DNA of 64,000 nucleotides from Desulfobacterales bacterium (GCA_046537995.1 JBKHJS010000001.1:68-64067), one strand, 5' to 3'; shown: positions 33,958-43,214, numbered from the stretch's first letter. The notes: a model not told the origin generated them from the sequence alone. Numbers and translations: made by a program.

Positions 33958-36951
33958 ATGCCGCATCGCCTGGAAATCGCCCTGAAACCGGAGCTTTTTG
34001 ACGCCGAAGGCGCCGGAATTCAAAGCAAGGCCCGAACCTATTTCAATATCTGCCCGGACGTGATTCGGACAGTCCATATCGTCACCATTGACGCGGATTT
34101 GTCCCCGGACCAGCTCGAAACCGTGCGCACGGAGATTTTTACCAACCCGGTCACCCAAATATCGGATTTTCGCCCCCTGGATCTGTCCTTTGACTGGTGC
34201 ATCTGGGTGGGCTACCGCCCCGGGGTCAAGGATAATGCCGGGCACACGGCTGTCGAGGCCATGGCCGATGTGCTGGGAATGCCTTTTGACCCGGAACAGG
34301 GCGCATACACCTCCAGGCGTTTCTGCATTCGGGGCGGGGATTTGAGCCGGCAGGACGCGGAAATCATTGCAAAAGAACTCCTGTCAAACGACATCATCCA
34401 GCAGGTCCGGGTGTATGGCGCAGAAGAATGGGACCCGGACACGGGCGTGGGCATCATCATTCCCAAAGTACAGCTGGATCATACCCCCACGGTGACCACC
34501 ATTCCCATTGATTCGGACCAGGCCCTGCGGGAGATCAGCGATGCGCGCAACCTGGCGCTCAATGCCAACGACATCCCCGTGATTCGCAAATATTTCCTGG
34601 AGCCCGAGGTGCAGGCCGAAAGAAGGGCCATGGGGCTGCAAGACCCCACGGACGTGGAACTCGAATACATCTCCCAGGCCAGAAGCGATCACTGCAATCA
34701 CAACACCTTTCAGGGCCGTTTTTTTTACACGGACCTGGAAACCGGGCACACCGAGACCGTAGACAACCTGTTTAAGACCTTTATCGAAGCCCCCACGCGC
34801 CGTCTCCAGGAGCAAAAGGACTGGGTAATCTCTGTGCTCTGGGACAATGCCGGGGTGGGGCGATTTGATGACAGTCACTATTACGTGATCACCGGCGAGA
34901 CCCACAACTCGCCGTCCAACATGGAGGCCTACGGCGGTGCCATTACCGGCATTGTGGGCGTATACCGCGATCCGCTGGGCACCGGCAAGGGATCTCGCCT
35001 GATCATGGGCAGTTACGGATTTTGCGTGGGCGACCGTGACTACACCGGAGAACTCAGGCCCAAACTGCACCCCCGGCGGCTGCTCGACGGCGTGATCGAG
35101 GGCGTGCGCGACGGGGGCAACAAAAGCGGCATCCCGACGCCTTTCGGCCAGGTGACATTCCATCCCGGCTACATGGGCAAGTGCCTGGTATTTGTGACCG
35201 CAGTGGGGATGATGCCCGCAGCGGTTGCAGGAACGCCTGCAGAGCAGAAAACCACCTCGCCCGGGGAACTGATCCTGATGTGCGGCGGCCGGGTGGGAAA
35301 AGACGGCATTCACGGGGTGACCGCATCCTCGGAGATTTTTTCCGAAAGCACGCCCGCCGGGCATGTGCAGATCGGTGATCCCTATACCCAGAAAAAAATG
35401 CACGATTTTCTGCTCCAGGCCAGAGACGAGGGCCTGATCCGGTTTATCACGGATAACGGCGGCGGCGGGCTGTCGTCCTCGGTGGGCGAATCCGCCCGGT
35501 TTTCCGGGGGCTGCGAAGTACAGCTCGACCGTGTGCCTCTCAAATACGCCGGTCTGGACCAGTGGGAAATCTGGGTGTCCGAGTCCCAGGAGCGCATGAC
35601 CGTGGCCGTGCATCCCGATGATGCAGCCCGTTTTTTCGAACTGTCTGAAAAACACGCGGTGGAAAGCACGGTGATCGGCCAGTACACGGATTCCGGAAAA
35701 CTGCATATAACATACGGCGGCAAAACCTGTGCGTATATCAATATGGATTTTCTCACCCGCGGTTTTCCCGGGTGGGAGTTTGAGGCGCAATGGCGCTCCC
35801 CGGAAATGCGGGGTCTGCATGAACCCGTGCTTGGCGAGCCTGCGGATTATGCCGGATTGTTAAAAGACATGCTGGCCCGGCCCAATATCTGCTCCAGGGA
35901 GTGGATTGTCCGCCAGTACGACCACGAGGTCCAGGGCACCAGTGTCATCAAGCCGCTGGTTGGAAGGGACCGGGATGTCAACAGCGATGCAACGGTTCTC
36001 CGGCCGGTGCTTTACTCCGAGCGCGGCCTTGCCTTTTCCCAGGCGCTGCTGCCGTTTTATTCCGCAATTGATGCCTATGACATGACCGCATGCACCATTG
36101 ACGAGGCAGTACGCCGCCTGGTGGCAGTGGGCGGGGACCCGGCGCATATCGGCGGGGTGGACAACTTTTGCTGGCCCAATATCCAGTATGATCCAAAAGG
36201 CAACCCGGACGGCAAGTTCAAGGCCGCCCAACTGGTGCGCTCCTGCCGCGCGCTGGCAGATACCTGCATGGCCTTTGGCATCCCGCTGCTCTCCGGCAAG
36301 GACAGCATGTACGTGGACGGGCATCTGCCCGGTGCGTACGGCGAGACGCACAAGCTTTCGGCGCTGGAGACCATGCAGTTTTCCGCTACCAGCGTGATCG
36401 CAGACATCGACCGCTGCGTGACCATGGACGTGAAGTTTGCCGGCGATCTGCTCTATGTGCTGGGCGAAACAAAAGACGAACTCGGCGCCTCGGAATACTA
36501 CGACCGGTTCGCATACATCGGCCGAAACGTTCCGCGCGCGGAACCCGAAGCGTTTCTGCCCATGTACCGGGACCTGCACCGGGCGATTTGCCGTGGATTG
36601 CTCACATCCGTACACGGGGTATACCGGGGCGGATTGGGCGTGCACCTGGCCTTGTGCGCCATGGCCGGCAACCTCGGGTTGAGCGCGGAGCTCGACCGCA
36701 TCCCGGCACAGCAGGAACTGCGAGCCGACCGCCTGCTGTTTTCAGAGACACCGGGCCGGTTTATTGCCGCGGTTTGCCCGGAAAACCGGGCGGAATTCGA
36801 GTCCCTGATGGAAAATCATCCTTGCACATGCATCGGCGAGGTCACTGAATCCCCCGGGTTTGAAATCAGATGCCAGGGCCGCTGCCTGGCAGCAGTGCCG
36901 GTGGCGGATCTCAAATCCGCCTGGAAACAACCATTTGAGAACCTGATATAG
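33958..36951 (+). CDS. purL: Phosphoribosylformylglycinamidine synthase, large PurS-PurL-type fusion without glutaminase domain
   Basis: PurS-like N-terminal ~85 aa, then duplicated AIR-synthase-like domains (ETHNSPS, DNGGGGLSS). 997 aa. Confidence 0.85.
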   Translation: MPHRLEIALKPELFDAEGAGIQSKARTYFNICPDVIRTVHIVTIDADLSPDQLETVRTEIFTNPVTQISDFRPLDLSFDWCIWVGYRPGVKDNAGHTAVEAMADVLGMPFDPEQGAYTSRRFCIRGGDLSRQDAEIIAKELLSNDIIQQVRVYGAEEWDPDTGVGIIIPKVQLDHTPTVTTIPIDSDQALREISDARNLALNANDIPVIRKYFLEPEVQAERRAMGLQDPTDVELEYISQARSDHCNHNTFQGRFFYTDLETGHTETVDNLFKTFIEAPTRRLQEQKDWVISVLWDNAGVGRFDDSHYYVITGETHNSPSNMEAYGGAITGIVGVYRDPLGTGKGSRLIMGSYGFCVGDRDYTGELRPKLHPRRLLDGVIEGVRDGGNKSGIPTPFGQVTFHPGYMGKCLVFVTAVGMMPAAVAGTPAEQKTTSPGELILMCGGRVGKDGIHGVTASSEIFSESTPAGHVQIGDPYTQKKMHDFLLQARDEGLIRFITDNGGGGLSSSVGESARFSGGCEVQLDRVPLKYAGLDQWEIWVSESQERMTVAVHPDDAARFFELSEKHAVESTVIGQYTDSGKLHITYGGKTCAYINMDFLTRGFPGWEFEAQWRSPEMRGLHEPVLGEPADYAGLLKDMLARPNICSREWIVRQYDHEVQGTSVIKPLVGRDRDVNSDATVLRPVLYSERGLAFSQALLPFYSAIDAYDMTACTIDEAVRRLVAVGGDPAHIGGVDNFCWPNIQYDPKGNPDGKFKAAQLVRSCRALADTCMAFGIPLLSGKDSMYVDGHLPGAYGETHKLSALETMQFSATSVIADIDRCVTMDVKFAGDLLYVLGETKDELGASEYYDRFAYIGRNVPRAEPEAFLPMYRDLHRAICRGLLTSVHGVYRGGLGVHLALCAMAGNLGLSAELDRIPAQQELRADRLLFSETPGRFIAAVCPENRAEFESLMENHPCTCIGEVTESPGFEIRCQGRCLAAVPVADLKSAWKQPFENLI

Positions 36952-36967
36952 CCGGAAAAAGGACAAG

Positions 36968-37798
36968 ATGGCTTCAAAACGCACAGACAGCAGCGTCAAC
37001 GCCCTGGTGCTGACCGGATACGGCCTGAACTGCGACGTGGAAACCGCCCATGCCTGCCAACTGGCCGGCGCCCGGGCCAGGTGCGTGCATATAAACGACG
37101 TGATCTCGGGTGCGGTGGATTTGGATGATTTTCAGATCATGGTTTTTATCGGCGGCTTTTCCTGGGGCGATGACCACGGCGCCGGCGTGATCCAGGCCGT
37201 TCGCATGAAGAAGAACGCAGGCGACAAAATCCTGAAATTCATTGACAGCGGCAACCTGGTGCTGGGCATCTGCAACGGGTTCCAGAGCCTTGTCAACCTG
37301 GGCCTTCTGCCCGGGTTTGACGGCAATTACCAGGACCGATCCGTTGCCCTGACCCACAATGACTGCGGCAACTTCAGAGACGACTGGGTGCACCTGCAGA
37401 TCAATCAGGCATCTCCGTGCGTATTTACAAAAGACATCGATCACCTGGAGCTGCCCGTGCGACACGGGGAGGGCAAGTTCATTGCCGATGACCCGATAAT
37501 AGACCGCTTGGTACAGCAAAACCAGGTGGTCTGCAGATACGCCATACGGCAAGGAGCCCCTGCACAAGGCCGGTTCCCCGACAACCCCAACGGCTCCCTG
37601 CAAGATATGGCCGGCATATGCGACCCCACCGGCCGCGTCTTCGGCCTCATGCCCCATCCCGAAGCCTTCAACCACCCCTCCAACCATCCGGACTGGGCCT
37701 TAAATAGACAATCATCGATCAGGAATGCGCAGGCAGAGGGTTTACACGTCACCGGCGTCCGGATTTTTGAGAACGCCGTGCAATATTTTACCCAGTAA
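36968..37798 (+). CDS. purQ: Phosphoribosylformylglycinamidine synthase glutamine amidotransferase subunit
   Basis: Class-I GATase with ICNGFQ (catalytic Cys) and MPHPE. 276 aa. Confidence 0.8.
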   Translation: MASKRTDSSVNALVLTGYGLNCDVETAHACQLAGARARCVHINDVISGAVDLDDFQIMVFIGGFSWGDDHGAGVIQAVRMKKNAGDKILKFIDSGNLVLGICNGFQSLVNLGLLPGFDGNYQDRSVALTHNDCGNFRDDWVHLQINQASPCVFTKDIDHLELPVRHGEGKFIADDPIIDRLVQQNQVVCRYAIRQGAPAQGRFPDNPNGSLQDMAGICDPTGRVFGLMPHPEAFNHPSNHPDWALNRQSSIRNAQAEGLHVTGVRIFENAVQYFTQ

Positions 37799-37974
37799 AA
37801 TTGTTGGTGGTGTTGGCGGATCAACTGCGCAATTTTACCGATTGATTTTCTGTTACAGGAAAGTTAGGATCATATGGTAAAAAATTGCTTTAAAGGGTTT
37901 TTGCGGTGCCGTCGGCAAATATGAATATTCTTATCTTGCCTCTTGACGGACCAATCACCCAAAGGAGGCCTTTC

Positions 37975-38511
37975 ATGAGATTGATTTTATCAGGTATTTT
38001 AATGTGCTTGCTGCTCTTTGCAACCCATGGATATGCCGAACTCTATCAATATACCGATTCAGAGGGCAGGACCCATTATACGGATGACTATGGCAACATT
38101 CCGGAGGAGTACAGACAAAACGTGGAGAGCAGACCGGAGGTCAGGGGCGTGCAGGAGACCTCGGAGCAGGCCGGAAAATCATCCCCTGATCAGAAGGAAT
38201 CCGACGAGCCGTCCGAAGACAGGCAATCCGGGTCTTTGGATGCGGAAGAAGCTTCCAAACTTTCCGAAAAAGCGGAAAAGCTAGAAGCCCGGAAGGAAAA
38301 ACTGCAGGAAGAATACGAACAGATCCAGGCGGAAAAAGAGGAGCTGATGAACAATGAGCCGGAAAAATCGGCTTCCAAGGAGGATTTCCAGGAATACTCG
38401 AAGAAGGTGGACAATCTGAATAAACGCATTGACGCTTATCGGGAAAGGACCGAAGCCTATGAAAAAGAGGTGGAAGCCTATAATGCCAAGGTTGACAAGC
38501 AATCCGAATAA
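37975..38511 (+). CDS. Secreted DUF4124-domain protein with acidic coiled-coil tail
   Basis: Signal peptide MRLILSGILMCLLLFATHGYA, then ELYQYTDSEGRTHYTDD (DUF4124-like), then an E/K-rich region. ATG follows AAAGGAGG. Confidence 0.65.
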   Translation: MRLILSGILMCLLLFATHGYAELYQYTDSEGRTHYTDDYGNIPEEYRQNVESRPEVRGVQETSEQAGKSSPDQKESDEPSEDRQSGSLDAEEASKLSEKAEKLEARKEKLQEEYEQIQAEKEELMNNEPEKSASKEDFQEYSKKVDNLNKRIDAYRERTEAYEKEVEAYNAKVDKQSE

Positions 38512-38653
38512 CTCGCCGGTATTGTCGGATCAATCCGGTTGGCGCTTGCGCCGTGGATGCAATGAAGCCGGCTGTTGGCTTGTATCAGGGTGGCTGTCAG
38601 GTTATCGTAACCGTGATCACCAGGATGGATGTACAAAAAAGTTCAGAACAGAA

Positions 38654-38688
38654 CAGGCAGGGCGGACATTATCAATGCGCCCTGCCTG
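38654..38688. terminator. Hairpin between convergent genes (CAGGCAGGGCG / CGCCCTGCCTG, 11 bp)
   Basis: Perfect stem at 38654-38664 / 38678-38688. A T-rich tract follows on the minus strand, so it probably terminates the LysM gene. Confidence 0.6.
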
Positions 38689-38721
38689 CGCTGAAACGAA
38701 TTTTGGCGGGATGTCAGTTCG

Positions 38722-39738
38722 TTACCGCATTGCCTGGATGGGCATCCCGGCGCTGAGGTTTTCTTTTGATTCGGTGATCAGCACGGTTGCGGTCTGATTT
38801 TCGGTGTGCAGCACAACCAGCGAGCCCACATCCTCGCGTTTGATTTCCTCTGAAGAGTCGGCAGAGCCTTGCATGATTCGGCACTGCACCTTGTACTGCT
38901 GGCCGACCTCAATGCCGTGATCACTGCCTTTATCAATAAAGGCAATGAATTGATCGCCAAAAACCTCCCAGTCATCTTCCGACTTGATAATCTTGCCCTC
39001 TATGCCCGCAATTCCGGGTTTGATCTCCATTTTTTGGGCTCGGGGCATAAACGGCATGATCTTGTCGTCTTCCTGGATATCGCGAAAAGCAACCACAATG
39101 CGGCCAACCCCGAGATCTTCCTGCAGTTCAGAGACTTCCACAATACCGGTGAGAAGGTGTTGCACCCCGATATATTCGTTGGTTTCAGGATCCTTTATCG
39201 GACTCCGGGTGCGGTAGAGAAGGTAATGATCCCCTGTTTCCAGGTTTGCACCGGGTTGGGGTTTAAAATAGACCTTGTCGTTGTCACTGATTAATTTCTG
39301 GTTGTGCCGTGCCTGAAACAAAACGCCAACAGGGTTGACTTCCTGCTCCCGGATGAATCCGACGCGATTGATCTTGGAATAGGTGAGAAATTCTTTGGGT
39401 TCCGGCCGGGGCTCTTTTTTTTCTTCTTCTTTATCGGTTTCCCCGTAAAAGGTCTTTCTGTAAATCCGGATCCGCTGGCCGGGGTATATCCAGTGCGGAT
39501 TTTCAATCTCCGGATTGTAGTGCCAAAGGTCGGGCCACTGCCAGGGGGAGTCGGAAAACTTTTCAGACAGGTCCCACAGGGTATCGCCTTTTTGCACCGT
39601 GTAATAAAACCCGGTTTCGGTCTTTACGATGTTTTCCTCTATGCCGGCATGGGCAACTGCCCCGCACAAGAGTACTGCGGCGATACACCAGGCCACTGGA
39701 ATCAGGAATTTTCTGGATTTTTTGATTTGTGTTTTCAT
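38722..39738 (-). CDS. LysM-domain peptidoglycan-binding protein (secreted)
   Basis: Signal peptide, then the LysM segment YYTVQKGDTLWDLSEKFSDSPWQWPDLWHYNPEIENPHWIYPGQRIRI. Confidence 0.8.
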   Translation of the reverse strand: MKTQIKKSRKFLIPVAWCIAAVLLCGAVAHAGIEENIVKTETGFYYTVQKGDTLWDLSEKFSDSPWQWPDLWHYNPEIENPHWIYPGQRIRIYRKTFYGETDKEEEKKEPRPEPKEFLTYSKINRVGFIREQEVNPVGVLFQARHNQKLISDNDKVYFKPQPGANLETGDHYLLYRTRSPIKDPETNEYIGVQHLLTGIVEVSELQEDLGVGRIVVAFRDIQEDDKIMPFMPRAQKMEIKPGIAGIEGKIIKSEDDWEVFGDQFIAFIDKGSDHGIEVGQQYKVQCRIMQGSADSSEEIKREDVGSLVVLHTENQTATVLITESKENLSAGMPIQAMR

Positions 39739-39863
39739 GCCATGCCCCTGTTTGGTTGTAAAATGGGTTGCAATCGTTGAAGGGAAATTCGGCCTGTTTT
39801 ATTCTTCATAAACGATTTTTCGATTTTTGTCAAGATATTGCAAATACTTTGGTGAATTTTTGC

Positions 39864-39892
39864 TTGACCTTGCGCGGATTTTTACTTAAGTA
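39864..39892 (+). promoter_or_regulatory. Putative promoter TTGACC-N17-TAAGTA upstream of the aro leader
   Basis: TTGACC at 39864-39869 and TAAGTA at 39887-39892. Confidence 0.35.
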
Positions 39893-39952
39893 TGCCGGCA
39901 GAAAGGGATGGCTGCCGTGATTTTTTTGTTTATACGCAGGAATTGCCGAATC

Positions 39953-40060
39953 ATGGGCATATCATATCATGATCCGCAAAATTTTCCGGAAGCGTTTTTC
40001 TGGTGCTGGCGCCGCAAGGCCGAGCAGGCGGGGTATGCCCTTTGCCCGGTGCCGCACTGA
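39953..40060 (+). CDS. Candidate aromatic-amino-acid leader peptide (35 aa, FFWCW cluster)
   Basis: Hand translation gives MGISYHDPQNFPEAFFWCWRRKAEQAGYALCPVPH, then TGA at 40058-40060. AGGAA lies 10 nt upstream. A strong terminator follows, and then the DAHP synthase gene. Confidence 0.45.
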   Translation: MGISYHDPQNFPEAFFWCWRRKAEQAGYALCPVPH

Positions 40061-40090
40061 CGCCACCGGCATAAACCAAAAGCGGTAAAA

Positions 40091-40127
40091 AACCGTGGGG
40101 CCCCGCCGGGCTTCACGGTTTTTTTTA
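40091..40127 (+). terminator. Intrinsic terminator in the DAHP-synthase leader (13-bp stem plus T9)
   Basis: AACCGTGGGGCCC-CGCC-GGGCTTCACGGTT at 40091-40120, with a T-run to 40127. It lies 57 nt upstream of the DAHP synthase ATG. Confidence 0.75.
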
Positions 40128-40183
40128 TGGATACAATTGCGTTTACGACAAGCACAACGAATCAGGAGCGGGAGGGAATTATC

Positions 40184-41224
40184 ATGCTGATTGTCATGCG
40201 GCAGGACGCCACGCAGGAACAGATCGATGCCGTGATCCGGGCCGTGGAGGAAAAGGGATGTTCGGCGCGCTCCATTCCCGGCGGAGAACGTGTTTCCATA
40301 GGGGTTCTCTTCAACAAGGGACCCATTGAACCGTCGGAATTCCTGGGTATGCCGGGGGTCAAGGATGCCATTCCGGTAACCCGTCCGTATAAGCTGGTAA
40401 GCCGCGAGGTGCATCCGCATGACACGGTAATCCGGGTGGGCAATGTGGATATCGGCGGCGAAAACCGGGTGATCATTGCCGGACCGTGTGCAGTGGAAAG
40501 CCGGGAGCAGACCATGTCCACGGCCGAGCATGTAAAAAAGGCGGGCGCGCAGATTTTCCGGGGCGGCGCGTATAAGCCCCGGACCTCTCCTTATGCTTTT
40601 CAGGGACTTGAAGAAGAAGGGCTCGCAATTTTGGCCAAAGTACGGGAAATATATGGCATGCCGGTGGTTACGGAAGTCCTGGATCTGGAACATTTTGACG
40701 TGGTGGAGCAATATGCGGATATCGTGCAGATCGGCACACGGAACATGCAGAATTTCAGCCTTCTCAGACGCGCAGGCGAGGCCAAAAAGCCGATTCTGCT
40801 CAAGCGGGGCATGTCCGCCACGGTGGACGAATGGCTCATGGCCGCAGAATACATTATTTCAAGGGGAAACGAGAATATTATTCTCTGTGAGCGCGGGCTG
40901 CGGACCTTTGTGCGCCACAGCCGAAATACCCTGGATTTTTCCGCAATCCCAGTGGTTCGCAGGGAAAGCCACCTGCCGATCATCGTGGATCCGAGCCATG
41001 CGGCCGGTTACCGCGATCAGGTGCTGCCATTGAGCCGGGGGGCTGCCGCAGCGGGCGCGCACGGATTAATGGTGGAGGTCCACAGCACACCGGATTTTGC
41101 CTTGTGCGACGGCGGTCAGTCCCTTTATCCGGAACAGTTTGAAGGGTTGTGCCGGCAGGTTCGCGCCATTTACGATATTTGTGATGAAAGCCTGGACAGG
41201 GGGGGCTCAGGTGAAACAGCTTGA
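40184..41224 (+). CDS. 3-deoxy-7-phosphoheptulonate (DAHP) synthase, type I-beta with N-terminal ACT/ferredoxin-like regulatory domain
   Basis: MLIVMRQDATQEQIDAVIRAVEEKG (regulatory domain), then IIAGPCAVES and RGGAYKPRTSPY. The start is re-called from 40127. Confidence 0.9.
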   Translation: MLIVMRQDATQEQIDAVIRAVEEKGCSARSIPGGERVSIGVLFNKGPIEPSEFLGMPGVKDAIPVTRPYKLVSREVHPHDTVIRVGNVDIGGENRVIIAGPCAVESREQTMSTAEHVKKAGAQIFRGGAYKPRTSPYAFQGLEEEGLAILAKVREIYGMPVVTEVLDLEHFDVVEQYADIVQIGTRNMQNFSLLRRAGEAKKPILLKRGMSATVDEWLMAAEYIISRGNENIILCERGLRTFVRHSRNTLDFSAIPVVRRESHLPIIVDPSHAAGYRDQVLPLSRGAAAAGAHGLMVEVHSTPDFALCDGGQSLYPEQFEGLCRQVRAIYDICDESLDRGGSGETA

Positions 41225-42239
41225 GATTACCGGGCAAGCCGGCAAATCGAAAATCCTGGTGGGCGAACGGCTGGATCACGCTTACGGATATCTGCCCGCG
41301 GGCGCAAGATTGGTGATCATAACAGACGACACTGTGGCGAAGCTTTACGGGGAGCGGCTGCCGGCAGGTGAGAGAATTGTCATCGGCACGGGCGAAGCCG
41401 TCAAGACACTTGAAACCGCGTCATTTATTTATCGCAGTTTAATCGAAATGGAGGCCGATCGCAGCGTGTTTTTGCTTGGCGTGGGTGGTGGTATCGTATG
41501 CGATATCACCGGATTCGTGGCGGCCACTTACCTTCGGGGAGTGGGGTTTGCCAACGTGGCCACCACCCTGCTGGCCCAGGTGGATGCCAGCGTGGGCGGC
41601 AAAACCGGGGTCAATTTCGACGGATACAAAAACATGGTCGGCGTGTTCAACCAGCCTGGGTTCGTGCTTTGCGACCCGGAGATGCTGCATACGCTTTCCG
41701 GGGCGGCAATTGCAGACGGGTTTGCCGAGATTGTCAAGCATGCTGCAATTGCGGATTCAGCATACTTTGAAGTACTGGAAGCCCGCGCGGATGAAGCCCT
41801 GGCCCGGGACCCGGCGCTGCTGGAGCGCATCGTGTATGAATCCGTGGTCATCAAGGCCGATATTGTCAACCGCGACGAGCGGGAGCAGGATGAACGGCGG
41901 AAACTGAATTTCGGTCACACCCTGGGCCATGCCATTGAGAAAACCGCCAAGCTGAGCCACGGGACCGCGGTCAGCATCGGCATGGCTGCCGCTGCCCGGC
42001 TTTCTGTAAAAAAGGGATATATGCCCGCTTCCGAAGCCGGGCGACTTGAAGATCTGCTGGTGCGCCTGGGGCTGCCCGTGTCCATGCCTGCAGACTGCGA
42101 AGCCGTGGTTGACGCCCTGGCCAGGGATAAAAAGCGGCGCAATGACGCAATCCATTTCGTGTTGCTGGAAGGCATCGGCAAAAGCATTGTCGTGCCCATT
42201 GCACTGGCGGAATTAAAAGATCTGCTGACGAAGCTGTAA
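41211..42239 (+). CDS. aroB: 3-dehydroquinate synthase
   Basis: GVGGGIVCDITGF, LNFGHTLGHAIE motifs. The GTG 41211 start overlaps the upstream stop. An alternative ATG lies at 41184. Confidence 0.9.
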   Translation: MKQLEITGQAGKSKILVGERLDHAYGYLPAGARLVIITDDTVAKLYGERLPAGERIVIGTGEAVKTLETASFIYRSLIEMEADRSVFLLGVGGGIVCDITGFVAATYLRGVGFANVATTLLAQVDASVGGKTGVNFDGYKNMVGVFNQPGFVLCDPEMLHTLSGAAIADGFAEIVKHAAIADSAYFEVLEARADEALARDPALLERIVYESVVIKADIVNRDEREQDERRKLNFGHTLGHAIEKTAKLSHGTAVSIGMAAAARLSVKKGYMPASEAGRLEDLLVRLGLPVSMPADCEAVVDALARDKKRRNDAIHFVLLEGIGKSIVVPIALAELKDLLTKL

Positions 42240-42240
42240 T

Positions 42241-42522
42241 TTATTTCACGCTGAACCTGGGGTTTTCAATCCGTTCGCTTTTGCACAGGGGGCAGCGCCC
42301 GGGCGGGGTAAACCGCTGGCGGCTTTTAAATGCGTATCCGCAGGCAATGCACCTGGCCGGCTGTGTGTTGAGCTTTTTGCCCTGCCTGGGCAGGCTTCTG
42401 GCAATGTGGGGAAGGTGCTCGTAGACCTCTTTTTCGCTGATCCCGAGTTCCTGGGAAACTTCCCTGGCCTCTGCCCGGCCCTGTTCGAGCAATTCTACGA
42501 TCTGCTGGCGGATGGTTGCCAT
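42241..42522 (-). CDS. Small transcriptional regulator, winged-HTH fused to a C-terminal Zn-ribbon
   Basis: The N-terminus MATIRQQIVELLEQGRAEAREVSQELGISEKEVYEHL is HTH-like. CIACGY...CPLCKS is a CxxC...CxxC ribbon. 93 aa. Confidence 0.65.
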   Translation of the reverse strand: MATIRQQIVELLEQGRAEAREVSQELGISEKEVYEHLPHIARSLPRQGKKLNTQPARCIACGYAFKSRQRFTPPGRCPLCKSERIENPRFSVK

Positions 42523-42764
42523 AAAACTTTTTCCTTTGCTGTCTGACTTCCCAATACCACAGCCCGCCTGCGGGATAAACCAATTTTATGCTTTCAATAA
42601 CGGGCTATCCTGTAATATAGGTTATATCTGAACACAAAATCCCGGTGTTCGATCCGGCACTGGATGGCACAACAGGTTTTTTTGGATTCCGGGTGTCCGG
42701 CGGCGGGTATCAAGACCCGGAAAACCGTGAATTACGGATTTCGCATCGCATGGAAAGGAGGCCG

Positions 42765-43214
42765 ATGAAGGCAGGGCCAATTTACCGGGCCGTCGCTGCG
42801 GCGCTGCTGGTTGCAGTACTTGTATGGCTGCCGCAGGCTTCAGCGGAAAAACGCCACGAAAGAAAAAGCGCGGTGGTTCAGGCGGTAAAAAAGGTCAGCC
42901 CCGCCGTGGTCAATATCAGCACGAAATACGAGGTTCGCTACCGGAGTCACCCGTTTGCGCGCTTTGGCATGGACGATTTTTTCAGGGATTTTTTCGATTC
43001 CGGCCCGGAGCGCAAGCGTGAGTTAAACACCCTGGGTTCCGGGGTGATCCTCTCCGAGGTTGACCCGCAGTCAAAACTAGGCAGAATCGGGGCAGAACCC
43101 GGCGATGTGATCCGGAAAATCGATGAAATACAGGCCGAAGATACCCAGGCTTTTTACGATGCCGTAATCAAGTATCGCTGGGAGGATTCCGTGGTGATTC
43201 TGCTGCAGCGCTGA
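42765..43214 (+). CDS. HtrA/DegP-derived protein lacking the protease core (signal peptide, N-terminal HtrA segment, PDZ domain)
   Basis: VKKVSPAVVNIST ... FFRDFF ... LGSGVI runs directly into the PDZ-like LSEVDPQSKLGRIGAEPGDVIRKIDE. No His/Asp/GNSGG catalytic segments. ATG 42765 follows AAAGGAGG. Confidence 0.6.
   Translation: MKAGPIYRAVAAALLVAVLVWLPQASAEKRHERKSAVVQAVKKVSPAVVNISTKYEVRYRSHPFARFGMDDFFRDFFDSGPERKRELNTLGSGVILSEVDPQSKLGRIGAEPGDVIRKIDEIQAEDTQAFYDAVIKYRWEDSVVILLQR

Noticed and set aside
34384-35820. 478-aa minus-strand ORF inside purL. Similar long antisense ORFs lie at 4028-5305, 15034-16419, 25002-25838, 44778-45926, 47975-49468, 53252-54274 and 59419-60468.
   Set aside because: Each lies fully inside, and antisense to, a gene with clear family signatures. 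The translations are His/Arg/Gly/Pro-rich without domains. None has a convincing start context.
39969-40088. Alternative 39-aa ORF in the aro leader (MIRKIFRKRFSGAGAARPSRRGMPFARCRTDATGINQKR)
   Set aside because: It has only three scattered Phe codons, no Trp or Tyr, and no SD. The overlapping frame starting at 39953 has the clustered FFWCW codons expected of a regulatory leader. I cannot fully exclude it, because its stop abuts the terminator.
40127-40183. ORF-track start of DAHP synthase at ATG 40127 (MDTIAFTTSTTNQEREGII...)
   Set aside because: That ATG begins at the last base of the terminator U-tract (40127) and has no SD. ATG 40184 follows GGAGCGGGAGGG and begins the conserved regulatory domain (MLIVMRQDATQEQI).
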